From assembly GCA_021613535.1 (NCBI GenBank), contig CP075492.1, positions 3,472,001-3,536,000 on the forward strand: 64,000 nt of DNA, in the 5' to 3' direction. Position numbers and translations under genes: made by a program. This stretch comes from Adineta vaga. Its lineage: Eukaryota > Animalia > Rotifera. The notes under the pieces are model-generated. The model was not told the DNA's origin. It saw only the letters and a program-made list of their open reading frames with translations, and did not search any database. Within the stretch, counting starts at the first letter, position 1. Every line of letters begins with the position of its first letter. Shown piece by piece: positions 1-13,148 of this stretch.

Positions 1-1058
1 CTGATAAGATGCAAAAAATTCTATTTGAAATCGATGCTGATCCTCAACTTGAAGGAATCAAACCATTTGCTAATATTACTTCACTCAGTTATTTTCCCGA
101 TGAAGAAGAAGTACTCTTTATGTTAGGTTCAATCTTTCGTCTGGTTAATATTGAACAAAATGATCGTGGAATTTGGATTCTTCGATTAACATTATGTCAG
201 AATGATGATCCCGATCTTCAAGCTGTTTTTGATTATATGAAAGATCAATATGGAAATGGTGAAACAACAACTCTTTCATTTGGAATGATTCTAGCACAAA
301 TGGGAAAATATGATCAAGCAGAAAAATATTATCTTCGTGTTTTAAAAGATATCCCATCGGATCATGATGATCGAAGTGCATGTTATCATAATCTAGGAAA
401 TTTATTTGATAATAAAGGTGATTATAATTCAAGTCTAAATTGGCATAATAAAGCTTTGAAAATGATGATTGAAAAATTTCAATCGAATGATTCAAGAATA
501 GCAACGAGTTATAATAGTATAGCTGCTGTTCATACAAAACTGGCGAATTATGATCAAGCACTTGATTATTATCTCAAAGCATTAGATATTTGGCAGCGAG
601 TCTTAGGCGCGCAACATCCGAATGTTGGTCAATGTTTAAGTAATATAGCTGGTGTTTATCAAATGTGTGGGAAAAGTTCGGAAGCATTAGAATATTTATT
701 AAAAACTTTGTTTATTTATGAACGACATTTGCCTGCAAATCATCCTCAAGTTGGAGATTTATATAATAATCTTGGTGCCGTTTATTTAGGTCTTGATCAA
801 TTAGATCTTGCTTTGGAAAATTTCAATAAATCGCTTAGTATTAAAGAAAAATGTCTACCTGCGCAACATCCGGATATTGCAATGACATTCGCTAATATTG
901 GTCTTATTTATGAAAGTAAAAATGATTGGCCACAAGCAATTTTATATATGGAAAAAGCAGTTAATATTTATCGTCATGTACTCTTTCCTAATCATCCAAC
1001 TTTAATTAAAGTTCAACAACTTCTTGCACGCGTTTTGGAAAAATCTAAAAAGACATAA
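1..1058 (+). CDS. ADP-ribosyltransferase (ART) domain C-terminal part + TPR repeat protein, 5'-truncated by the window edge
   Basis: The ORF begins with 'ILFEIDAD...KPFANITSLSYFPDEEEVLFMLGSIFRL' (ExE catalytic loop of R-S-E ARTs). It is followed by ~6-7 42-aa TPRs (e.g. YHNLGNLFDNKGDYNSSLNWHNKAL; YNNLGAVYLGLDQLDLALENFNKSL...HPDIA). Confidence 0.85.
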   Translation, partial: DKMQKILFEIDADPQLEGIKPFANITSLSYFPDEEEVLFMLGSIFRLVNIEQNDRGIWILRLTLCQNDDPDLQAVFDYMKDQYGNGETTTLSFGMILAQMGKYDQAEKYYLRVLKDIPSDHDDRSACYHNLGNLFDNKGDYNSSLNWHNKALKMMIEKFQSNDSRIATSYNSIAAVHTKLANYDQALDYYLKALDIWQRVLGAQHPNVGQCLSNIAGVYQMCGKSSEALEYLLKTLFIYERHLPANHPQVGDLYNNLGAVYLGLDQLDLALENFNKSLSIKEKCLPAQHPDIAMTFANIGLIYESKNDWPQAILYMEKAVNIYRHVLFPNHPTLIKVQQLLARVLEKSKKT

Positions 1059-1212
1059 TATGGAAGAAACCCATCTTGAAAGTTCATAAAAAAGATTGTT
1101 TGGATCTTGAGAGGGTGTGGGTGATCTGTTCCTATGTTAACCTCACTCATCCTAACCACTTTAATCTGTTGAATATCTTTCAAATATTTTATCCCTATAC
1201 ACATATGACAGA

Positions 1213-1440
1213 CTATCTAACATATCTAGTTGTTGATGTTAATGAAGTTTCATCAGCAGTTGCTGGTTCTATATCGATAATGCAATCAACATGAGGGTGC
1301 TTCACCAATTTAGCTATCTCTTCAGTAATGTGTCGATGACCTAATGGTGTGAAGTGAATGTCATCATTCTTCCTAAACTCTCTCCGATTCTTCATAGAGT
1401 GAACCAGATTCACGAAGGGTGTCGAGTAACATCCTAGACA
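1213..1440 (-). pseudogene. SGNH/GDSL hydrolase C-terminal fragment
   Basis: Minus-strand frame reads ...TPFVNL...KNDDIHFTPLGHRHITEEIAKLV, matching SGNH block V (DxxH..G). No blocks I-III nearby. Confidence 0.45.
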
Positions 1441-2152
1441 AAACTCTGTAATATAATGATATCATAATTTTCATTCGACTATAATAAATTATTTATCTTT
1501 CAATTCCATTCTCGAGGGTGAGGATGTGAAAAACACTGTCAAGATAAGGATATAACCCTCGGCATGGCTTGATTGCCAGGGGATTACCAAAAATTGAATT
1601 CCGTAACACTAGATGCCTACAATTATTCTCTTGACTATAAATTATTCCTAAATAGAAATCTTAAACGCTCTTTTATCTATGGATGTTAGTATAAATATTG
1701 CCTTGAAAGCAGGAATCGATTGTTTTTCTTGTGTATAGTTTCTTTTATTCTTCGTATTTTCGGCACTGGTGACTCAATCATCGGTATGTGCTTTGCTTGC
1801 AACGAGATGAATTGTTAGTATTTTTTAGTGTCGTTTATAACTACCGTAAACACTTCAGCATCTGGAATGTACTTTTAATGTAACATTACCAAAACAATGG
1901 AAGAAAACGTTGTTGTCACGTTCTATTATTTTCTTTATAAAAAAGGACATTTCTATGTTGTATTCATATTTTGAAATTGTCTTCGTTTTAGCAACGACAC
2001 CCTTCGTTCTTCTTCAAGATTAATGTTTACACAATTAATGGAATGCTTTTTGTTTTTTCATCCTTTTTTCAATTCATAAAGTTCACATATAAATGCATGT
2101 TCTTTTTCCATCCTTGTGTCCCATTTTACTCTCGTGATCTCTCTTATGAAAG

Positions 2153-4657
2153 ATGTCGATTAACAGATTTCTTTTCATCTGCTCATTACTACATATTTCT
2201 ACTATTGATTCATCTCACTTTCGTGGTGGCACAATTACATCGTCAGTACTAATAATTTTATTTAGTTTCATTGTATATTCAGTTTGTCTAGGCGTCCTTA
2301 CAATAATACTCCATCAGGCAGTTCAGTGGATGTTATAGTACGTGAACGATGGTCATGGCGTCGAAGTGCATATAGTCCTAATTGTTCGCCGGCTACCATT
2401 GCTGCACAAACTCCTAAGATTGGTGATAGCAACACACTGACTTGTGTGTCTGGCACTTGTGGCTCTTATTGGACTGGTATGTCTGTGCCAACATTTTGCA
2501 CTGATTTTAGCGCTCCTTTGGACGTGGCTTCGGGTGAATATTATCAAACATACACAATACCACTCAATATTCAATTTAGTATTGCGTTTTCTTCGAGTGC
2601 ATGGTTTTCTACTCTCGTTGTTGGAAGTGGTGGAAGTTGGGCTGTTGTTGGTCGAATCAGTACTATTGTTCGACCTGATGGTTACTTAAATACAAGTCCT
2701 GTTGCTGTCAGTCTTCCAATTCTCTATAAAGAAATCAACATTCAACAGGTTCATGTTGTTCAAATGTCTGATTTTGATGGAACTGATATATTAAAATGTC
2801 GATGGTCAGTTGGTGGAACAACCACTATCAATCAATTTAATGAATGTGCTGGTGTATGTAATGGTATACCTGGTGCTAATCTTATTGGTGCCAATTGTAC
2901 AATTGTATTTACACTTACAGCAGCTAATTGGTATGCTGCAGCAGCATTACAAATTGAAGATTTTTATAATGCTGCAGCACTCGCAGCAAATACACCAATG
3001 ACTTCAGTACCACTCCAATTTCTTTTCTATGGTTATGCAGCGCCAACAGGTTGTAGTACTCCACCAGCCATCATTGGCGATCGACCAAATCGAGGTAAGT
3101 TCGCATTTGATCGATATATCTTTTATTGTTTGTTTTTCTAAGCTTGCATTGGTGTGCTGGTTGGCGCAAATGTCACTGAATATGTTACTATTCAAGTTTA
3201 TTGTCCTGGAAAGAGTATTATTGACTATGTTTCAAGTGTACCAGTTGGTATGACAAAGAGTGCGATTCTTAATCCAAGCACTGGTTAGTTCATATCACAT
3301 GTCTTGATATATATATATATATATTAGATTAATCGATTCTACTTATAGGTATTTATCAAATCATTCTCAGTTGGGTTCCTGTATATAGTCAATATGGTCC
3401 ACAAGCTGTTTGCATAGGAGCTATTGATAATACAAATATTCAAACAAATCAATGGTGTATTACATTCTTAGTTGGTTTTCAATCACCCGACGTTATTCGA
3501 CCATCATTAGTTCAAGGTTCAGCTTCACCCATTGGCACTGTCTTTCAAAATCAAACTTTGTTTTCTATTCAAAGTAATATTAACTGAAAACGTCAATGAT
3601 TAGAACCATGACCTCATTTTTTCTCTATTTCAGCAACAGTTTCAGTTAATCGTCCAACACGTAATGGTACATATATTTATTTTTATAATTCTACTGGTGG
3701 TGGTACACTTGTTCAAAAATATGATTGTGGTTGGGAACCAGAAGTAACATATACTGGTTTCACCATTGTTATTCGTTTTCCCGTTGCACCATGAAAGCCT
3801 GGAATGTTTTATTATGTTACTATGGATAGTGGTATGTACCCACATTTCTTCCATTTTTCTTATTTTTATCTCTTTCATTGATTTCTATTTAGGTGTGGCT
3901 AGTGGAACTGAATTTTGTGGTAAGTTTCTGATACTTATATAGTGTGAAAGAAAGAACAAAATTTTCATCAAGGTCCTGAATCTGCACCAATCAATGATCC
4001 AACATTTTGGGTTTTTAATATTTGGAATCCTGCAGTATCATCGACAACAACAACTACAACAACTCCTTTTACAACAGTTACAGTTACAACTAAACCTACA
4101 TCAACAACAAGTATCAATACAGCAGTAAGATTAGTCTATCATCTCTTTCGCCTTTTCTATGCATTTTAGTTTATCTTTCTTAAATAGTTAACAACAACTG
4201 GAATCATTGTAACAACAACAATTCCACCAACAACAACATCAACTGCATCAACAACTCCACTACCAACAACAGCTGGTAAGAAAAGATTTCATATTGAATA
4301 TCATTAGATTAAATATTTGTCCATTTGTTTATTTAGCACCAACAACAGCTGCTCCAACTGCATCTGCTTCAACAACAGAATCTACTGTTGCTGTTATTTA
4401 TCCCAAAGATTTGGTAAGTTATTCAATCATACATGTTCTTATGAGATTATTTCTTATTCGACAAAAAATATAAATAGGAACTTATGTGTCTTCAACCAAT
4501 TGCAATTTTAACTGCTGTTTTCTTTGTTGCGATGATGCCAATACATGGTATAGTTTTATATGCTACATTTACAAAACTATCGAATACATTTACTCAATCA
4601 AAACTCGATGCACAAACAAGACATAAACAACGAATGAAACGAATTATGAGAAAATAA
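2153..4657 (+). pseudogene. Multi-exon type I membrane protein (SHFRGGTI-type, 'integrin-beta-like/Sib-like' N-domain, Thr-rich stalk, TM) with an in-frame TGA
   Basis: Signal peptide + SHFRGGTIT at 2153-2242; ~10 exons with GT-AG introns; Thr-rich exons at 3973-4413; TM and basic tail in the last exon, TAA at 4655-4657. In-frame TGA at 3792-3794 (FPVAP*KPG). Confidence 0.7.
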
Positions 4658-4927
4658 AACTTCATTTCACATTTTTTTTCTTCTAATCCAGCGTCTTTTT
4701 TAAACATCATCTTATTAATAATTCGAGGGATGTTGCGTGAGTGTGATTGGATCTGTAAAGTGATAATCATATAATTCTTAAATAAAATTCCAATAAATTC
4801 TAATATAATTAGTCCTTAAAGTTCAACGAATAAAAACATATACTCATCCACACCCTCAAGATGGCGCTCGTCCTCGCATATGAACTCTTGTCATAGATTT
4901 CAACTTCTATTTCACATGTTTATTAAA

Positions 4928-7684
4928 TTAAAATGATTTGCAATTAAAAGTTGCATCGAAATCTGCCGGTATCATATCATTGATGTGATTAGATGCAAGA
5001 TGAACAGTCCTTAACATCTATACATGAAAATATAACAAATAACATGTATAAAATAAATCATCTAATGATAGTCACTTACTGGATTATATTTTAATGCTAT
5101 AATGAGATGTTGTATTCCTTCATTATTGATATTATTTGCCAGTAGATTCAATTCATTTATTGTCTAGATATTAAATAAATAATTGTCGACGAGATTAATT
5201 GACTTACTGTATTATTCTTCAATATTTTAGCTAATTGTTGAGCACCATTATCATCAATTTTGTTACCTTCGAGATCAAGTGTATTAAGTGTCTTATAATC
5301 AAAGAAAAGAATTCATTTTTCGATATAGAACATTTTCATACTGTATTTTTCAATAATGCTTCAACAAGATATTGTATTCCTTCGTTAGTAAAATTATTTC
5401 TCTTAAGATCGAGTATAGTAAGTGTCTAATAAATAAATAAATAAATAAGAATTGATTATGAACAGATAGAAGATTGATTCTCACCGTATTGTTCAGAAGT
5501 GTTTGTGATAGATGTTGTATACCCACATTACCAATATTATTTTTACCGAGCCGGAGAGTAGTGAGTGTCTACATTGAAAAGAACACAACCAACAATCGAT
5601 CGATGGAAGAAAATTGATTTAATTTACTGTATTTTTATGTAATGCTTCAGCAAGAAAGCGTATACCTTCACAATCAATTCGATTGTTTTGAAGATTGAGT
5701 AATGTTAAAGTCTAAATACATGAAATAAACTTTATTTATATAAAATATTGAAAAGAAACAAACTCGATTCATTTGTAAAGGTATATTTAAATATTGTATA
5801 CATTCGTTATCAATACAATTATCAGAAACATTTAGATTGGTTAACGTCTACAAAACATTTCATTATTATCATTTGATTAGATCATTGCAATTTCTTTACA
5901 GTATTATTTTGTATTATGTCAGACAACATTTGTGCACCCTTCGAAGAAATCATGTTTCCACTAATATTAAGTAGGATCAATGTCTATATGAAAAATTTAG
6001 AATCGATTAAACAAAAGAAAAAGAAGATTTCTCAAACTGTATTATTCTGTAATGCTTGAGCAATGTATTGTAATCCTCTAAAACTAAAACAGTTGGCACT
6101 AAGATCAATTGTAGTGATTGTCTACAAACAATGATCAATAAGATTATCGATTACAGAGAGAAGAGAATAGTTTACAGTATTTTTTGATAATAATTCTGCG
6201 AGATATTGTAATCCATCATCGGCAATATCATTATAACCAAGATTAAGAATAGTGAGTGTCTATAGTTAGATGAAAAGGAAAACATGAATCGATTGAATAG
6301 AGTTGCTTTTACTGAATTGATTAACAATGCTTTCGTTAAATATTGAATACCAACATCTGTAATGGTATTACTATCGAGATAAAGAGTAGTGAGTGTCTAT
6401 TTCAAACGTAAACAAGATAAGATTTATTATGAGCGAGAATTTTTACCGTATTTCTCTGTAAAATATGTGAAAGATGTTGTATTCCTTTATCACCGATATG
6501 ATTGCCTGTTAAGTGAAGAGTATTGAGTATCTAAATATCAATAAATTCATCAATCAATGAATACAAAATTTCAATTAATTACTGAATTATTTTGTAATGT
6601 TCTAGTTAAATGTTGAATTCCTTCCATACCGATGTAATTACGAGTGAGAATCAATTTTGTCAGTGTCTATGGAATGAAATAATAAAACAAATATTCAAAT
6701 TTAGAATTGTTTTACCATATTGTTTTGTAACATATCAGTAACATATTGTATTTTTTGACTACTGAGATTGTTACATTCAAGATGAAGAGTCGTTAGTGTC
6801 TAGAATTGAAGAATAATATCGATATTTTGGAGAATAAAACATATTGTTTTTGTTACTTTGTTATTCTTTAATACTTGACCTAAATGTTGTATATTTGTAC
6901 TATCAAGTGGATATGTATTGAGAATAAGTTTAGTTAAGGTCTGTATGAGAGAAAAACAATTAGAGAATAGAAAAATATTCATTTGATTTACTGTATTAAT
7001 TTGTAATAGTTCAATAAGATGATGTGTTTCATTTGAATTGAGTCTATTGCAATGAAATTCAATTGTTGTCAATGTCTATATTTAAATTTATTCGAAATTT
7101 TTAAAATTAAGATACTATAATGTTCATTTTTACTTTATTATGTTGTAATCCTTGAGTTAACTGGTAAAATGCATTGATTTCAAATTTATTATTATTAAAA
7201 ATAAGTTCAGTAAGAGTCTATAAAACGATCCAAGTAACTCTCTTACAAGAAAATTGTAGTCTTACCGTATTGTTGTGAAGTGCATAGGCGAGATATTTTC
7301 CATCATCTTCAGTAATTTCATTGAAACTACAAGTAAGTTTAGTAATTGTCTATATAAAATATCTTAGAATCGATTTACATTCAACTTGTATGTCTTACTT
7401 TATTGTTGATTAATGATTGTGTTAAATGTTTCAATTTGATTTTATTTTCTATCCGAATAGCGACTTGCAATTCAGTGAATGTCTAAAGGAAATTGTTAAT
7501 GAATAAAATCAATATCTTTGTATATCATTACCTGATAACGATGATATGTATGAATAATGGAATTTAATCTAATAGAAACATTTTGTAGAGATAGAAGAAT
7601 ATCTGTTCGAGTAAGATGGTCTAAGATACGATAAGTTAATTCGATAGGTAATGTATGAAGTGAGAAAGGTAGTTTATTTGACAT
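4928..7684 (-). CDS. F-box-like + NLRC3/RNI-type leucine-rich repeat protein, one 28-aa LRR per 84-nt exon
   Basis: Exon 1 has an F-box-like motif (LHTLPIELTYRILDHL). About 18 phase-0 84-nt exons follow (e.g. 6857-6940, 6716-6799), with consensus TLTxLxLxxNxIxxxGxQxLxxxLxxNT and ~50-57-nt introns. The 3' end is approximate. Confidence 0.85.
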
Positions 7685-7761
7685 TGTTTATTAAAAGAAT
7701 CGAAATTGTATGTAATGTTTGAAGGTGACTGATTTTCTCTATTCGGCCTCGCTTATAATTA

Positions 7762-7781
7762 CCACACACACACACACACAC
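7762..7781. repeat. (CA)n microsatellite upstream of the LRR gene
   Basis: cacacacacacacacacaca read directly. Confidence 0.9.
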
Positions 7782-8248
7782 GTGTGAAGAAATGTAAATA
7801 TAGTGTGTAAAAAACTCGTGCGCAAGAAAATGAAATGTAAACAGAAAAACATTAATTGCATTCGTTTAGTTATTGTTTTTTAATGTAATAACATATTGAG
7901 AGTCTGGGTGAAGGGAGTCCGATAGAATTATACCCACATCAGAACATGGACATAATTAAAAAGGTAGAAGAAGAGAACGAATCGTATGTTCTGAAAAAGA
8001 ACATTCATTATGTAAACTATTTTTTATTAGCATTCTATAATTAAGTATCAAATAATAAAGTAGAACACATGAATGTGTTCCATCATTGTTAGATGAAATC
8101 TGACAAATGATTGTAAAGGCTTCTGTTGAAGTAGATTTTTTTCTTATTGATATGTTAATTGAATAGACGGATTGTATAAATTGATTTAATATAAACAATC
8201 AAATCGAAAATACTGATATAGCAGAATAATTCTTTAATATTTCAAAGA

Positions 8249-10301
8249 ATGCTGCGTTCATCAATTTCGAGTCGTGTGGTGTTTATTAAGAAACACCGAC
8301 GTAAACGTCGTCAACGAAATGTAAGTTCTGATTTCATCTCGATTTACTTATTGATTTTTTTGATAAAGCTAAAGTTCAATGGTGTTCGTCATATACAAAA
8401 CAAAACAATAGATTCAAAGTTATCGAAAAAGAATCTCATAGTGGAGAATGTCAAAACAATGCTACCAACGCCGCGCTCGTCTACCAAAGAAACAGTAAGA
8501 ATCCAAAGCTTCAGCAATAATATATCACATGGTAGATAGAAGTTTCTTACATAATTTAAGAATGTTGGTATAGTATCGATGAGAAAAAAACTATTGTGCT
8601 GGAACCTGATTACCGAAAGTATCTAAGAACTTGATGAGATTCATTGATGTTTGTTTTTACAGATCACAAGAAACACATCAATATCTTTGAATTCCATTCA
8701 ACCACATCAAGTTAGTCTGCACTAACTGAATTAAATTTTTGAAAAATGCGTTTTTTCTGTAGATAAACACGTCAATGGTGTCAGTTGCATCGTCTAAATT
8801 ACACCCAGAATATCGTTTATTCTTAAAATCACGATTGACTACTTCAGAACTATCTTTTCTCAAAAATAATAAAATACGACCCAATTACGTTTATTACAAT
8901 TCAGGAAAAAAAGAAGAAGAAGAAGAACGTCGTCGGCGTCGTATAGGTTTTGCTGCTTGCTGTCCGTGTTGTTCACCATGTTGTTGTTTGGCATTCGGTC
9001 TTCTCACAGCATTGATTCTAACAGGTCTTGCAGTATTGATCAGTCTACTGTTATTTACCAAACAAAGTACTACCACGACAACAACTAGTACAAGTACTTC
9101 AAGCACGAGTGAATAGTGTTTGCTTATTTTATGATAAATATCAGTAAATTATCCTATTTTAGGTACATCGACGACTTCGGCAACTACAACGACATCAAGT
9201 GAGTTTTTAGTATCAATAACCACAAGTTATTATTTGTTGTATCTAGCAAGTACAACGAGTACGAGTACATCATCAAGTGAGTAGAGTTTGTAATTCAAAA
9301 TAAATTCACTAATTCTTATTTCGTTAGCATCTACATCAACAACGAGCACATCGACAACGTCGGAAACAACAACGTCAACAACAAGTACGTCGACAACTAG
9401 TGAAACAACAACTACCGTCACAAGTATGTATTGATGGAAAATGTTTAGATTAAAAAATATTCAACTTAAAACTTATTATAGCGACTTCCACATCGTCGGT
9501 TACGACAACTAGCGTAACAAGTAAGTGTTCTGAATTATAGTATGCAAACAATTCGTCAAATAATTATTGTCAGATGCTTTAAAAAGTAGAAAATTTTTGT
9601 CGCATTTGTGAACATACCAAATCTTAAAAGATCCTGCCGCTCTCAAAGCTCGTCTTGAGACATATAGCATAAATTCTTTTATTTTCATATTTAGCTACTA
9701 CACAAACGACTACAATAGCTGTAACGACTGCTAGTAAGTTATTACTTTCATTTAAATCATAACGAATATAATTCTTTTACTTCGTCAAGCAATTACATCG
9801 AATGCATGTACATCGGGTTGGACTGGTGTTACTTTACTCTATCATTGTGGCAATTGTCCAGACATAATGCCATAGTCATATCATACCTATACTTATGTAG
9901 CAATTGCTACTCAAACTCGTATTTCGTTTGCGTTTCGTGAAGATGTTGGTTGTTTTGCAGTTGATGACGTTTCCATTCGAAGTACAGCATCACCAGGTGT
10001 AGAATTGATTACCAATGGTGGTTTTGAAACGAGTACTCTTTCATCATGGACTTATTGTAATCCAAGTGGTGCAACAGCTGCCGGAGCTGTATTTGCAAAT
10101 GTTACCGAACAAATGTGTGTTAATTACCGACTTTATTCCCGATCTGGAGCATATTTTTATTATGATGGAGCTGTAGGAAACAATGATTATCTTATTCAAA
10201 AATTTTCGACAGTAATTGGTCAAACATATACTATTTCATTTTGGTTATACAATGAAGCTGGTGGTGGAATAAGTATAGCTGATATTTTGCTCAGCATATA
10301 A
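8249..10301 (+). pseudogene. Type II membrane protein: Cys-rich juxtamembrane segment + TM, micro-exon Ser/Thr stalk, C-terminal CBM/galactose-binding-like domain; in-frame TAG
   Basis: RRRRRIGFAACCPCCSPCCC + TM at 8930-9060; short T/S exons at 9160-9735; last exon has FAFRED...DDVSI...LITNGGFETSTLSSW...DYLIQKFSTVIGQTYTISFWL. In-frame TAG at 9873-9875. The 5' exon structure is uncertain. Confidence 0.65.
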
Positions 10302-11210
10302 TGAATTCTATGTATTTCGTTAGTTGATTCGCAACTTTCTCGCACTTTAATCCTATCTCTTTTACCTTATTCGGCTCTCGAACAATACTTTTCAATTATT
10401 AATAAAATATTTTTTAAAACGAAGCCTATTAGATTTCGCTGTCCATTTCAATCAGAATACTATTAGAAGTGTCAATGTGATAGTATTGTAGTAATCAATA
10501 CCCTGATTTTCAAGATTTTCGCATTTATAAAACATATCAATGGTTGGCAATAGAATATTTTCATCATCATTATTGCCTGAAGAATCATGAAAATAGTTAG
10601 TACAAAGAAAGTCATCTTGTTTGATTTTTATCCGATGGATTCGGATATATGCTAAGTTGAATACTCTCACTCGTCATGCTACTATTCATTCCTTGGCGGC
10701 ACATATGTATGATGTAGATGGCAAATTCAGTTCATTTTGTCTGCAATTCGTCTAGCGAACTATTTCACAAGTTTTACGTCTGCTTCAAATACACATCGGT
10801 TAGCTCTATTTACTAAAATCTTTATCAACGATACGAATAAATCCTCTTTAGATTTGAGAGAATCTGAGCCTGTTAACTTTTAGAACACCTCTCCGAATGG
10901 ATCGTAGATAGAATTATGCAAATCCAATAATGAACCTTCAGACGTCTCTCTCGCTGTCAAGATCATAATATTATAACAAGGAGAAAAACGCATCATAATA
11001 AGTTGGCTAAAATAAATATTGACGCAAAATAAGAGGAACAACACTTTTTTTGACATAAGATTGTTTGTGAACATGTCAAAGTCTTGATTATATGCGCGTG
11101 TCGAACAGCCAATATTTTATCATAGTTAAACACATATAAACTGTATAAGCAAATCATGCAGAATTCTTTTTCACTAGTTTCTTATTATCGTTTTATTCTC
11201 TCGACATACT

Positions 11211-12848
11211 ATGGAACTGTTTCTTGCATTTGTCTTGCATAGTGTGCTGCAATGCGGACATGGTCTATCATGCATAAATAACGAATATTTCACAAAGAGT
11301 TTATTCGGTTTTAACATTGAATTATTTGAAGAAGAACTAAGCGAGCAAAACACTGATCAAAATAAAGATGTGAAATTGTGTCGTGTCGAGTTGTATCTTA
11401 ACTACATTAATTCATATTTACGGGTAACATTTAGTCCAGGACTTATGAAAAGTGAGTTACCTAATGGTGTTACTCAATTTGACACGATTATCTCGAAAGT
11501 AAATCCTCCAACGAATACACTGAGCAACTTTCTCGAATATGCATGTTCAACTGACAACTGTGACAAGAAGTTTGCACTCGCTCATATTCAATGGCTTCTC
11601 AACGCACAATACACATCGTTGCACAGCACAGTTATGTCAATACTGCTTGGAAATGCTGTCAACTCGAGTAAGTGTTTCCTCAGATAGCGGAAAAAAACAA
11701 AACTAAAGTAACATATTCTCCAATGCTCTCGAATGTAAGTATTGGATATCATCGCACAAAAGAGCAATGTTTAAGTTATTTATATTCAGCATCTGCTGAA
11801 GAGTTTAACCAATATTCTGTTAGAATGAAAATTTTACTGAAATGCATATGGGGAGATATGTACCACAGAAAGAATCACGAAGATAATAAATCAATACTGA
11901 AATCAATATTTGGCAATAAGAACCAAACTGCATTGAATGTTTTCTAAAATTAATTAGCGTTCAGCCATGTTAGTCATAGTTTGTGTCAGCAGACGGCTTT
12001 TTAGGCAGAAAAACGCACTTTAATCCTAGAGGAATTCTAGCGAATCTTAGTGAATATCAATATTGCAGATTAGATTCATTAAAACGTATTGTAGTTTGAT
12101 AAAATGATGAGACTTTACCATAATCAATGAAAAAGAGATTGGTTTCATACAAGGCTTTGGTCAGGATGGGAGAAAAATCCTGACAAATACTAGGATTCTT
12201 ATTTTCTCCTTAAGTTTATGTAAAATCTGGTTCTCAGTTCTGTATTTTTATAACGAATCATATTCACTAATTAGAAAAAATATTAGATCCAGTTTCGACA
12301 TTATCTCATCTGACTTAAACTCGTTGAGAATAGATGTGATGTCCTTTTTATTGTAATATTTTATCATATGATATTTCTTAGGCGAAGTAAACTGCTTCAT
12401 TAATGATTCCAGCAAAGTATTATGTGCTAACGAGGTCTGTGTCGTCTCTCATAATAATGATGAAACCGAATATAAACAAAGTTGTGGCAATGAAGAACAG
12501 GCCAAGTACATGAATTTTCAGATGACAACCTATGTCGATATTGCCGGTAACAAACTAAGGGAAGCAACTGCATTGATATGCGATTACAATGAATGTAATA
12601 GTAAATTTATCTTTTCAACGATCCTTACAGCAATCAAGGAAAGATATGATTTGAAGCCCATGCTTCGTGCTGTCAATATGTCGATCGAGTCCAACGAAAC
12701 AACAACAACAACAACTCATCCTTTCACTTCTTCAAAGTTAACAACATCAACATCAAAAAACGAGACACCACCAATGCACGTTATAAGTATTACATACTTA
12801 GTATTCGGCACTTTTTATTTTCTTGTTTCTCTCATCAATTTTCCATAA
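11211..12848 (+). CDS. Secreted/GPI-anchored Cys-rich protein (Ly6/uPAR-like CxxDxC/CxxNxCN motifs), copy A
   Basis: Exons 11211-11667 and 12382-12848 joined by a phase-1 GT-AG intron. Signal peptide, EYACSTDNCD, ICDYNECN, Thr-rich spacer, hydrophobic C-terminus. Confidence 0.75.
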
Positions 12849-13148
12849 ACATTCCAAATATTTTACTCACATTCTCTGCAATTGAATTTCATGCTTATAT
12901 ACTCTTCACTTCTTTTTCTGCATCACTATTTATCTATCAATTATTCAATTTTTATTTTGCAACAATAAACAAGCTTTGCCTATTTTCCTTTCAAGATCAC
13001 ATAGTTTGCATCGTACATAAGCGCATAATGAATACATTTTTGAGAAACCTTGTTATAACTATTCATTTCCAACTATGCCGACATCCTCAAGATTTATCTA
13101 TAGAAGCATTTCTTATACTAATCGATTGAAACGAAAAAAAACAAGTGA

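Noticed and set aside
4928-7483. CRISPR-like array (~137-bp periodicity)
   Set aside because: The periodic units are LRR exons plus introns, with no invariant repeat and no cas genes.
11672-11947. Duplicated small ORFs (also 17686-17904)
   Set aside because: They are inside the introns of the duplicated genes; their similarity is explained by the duplication.
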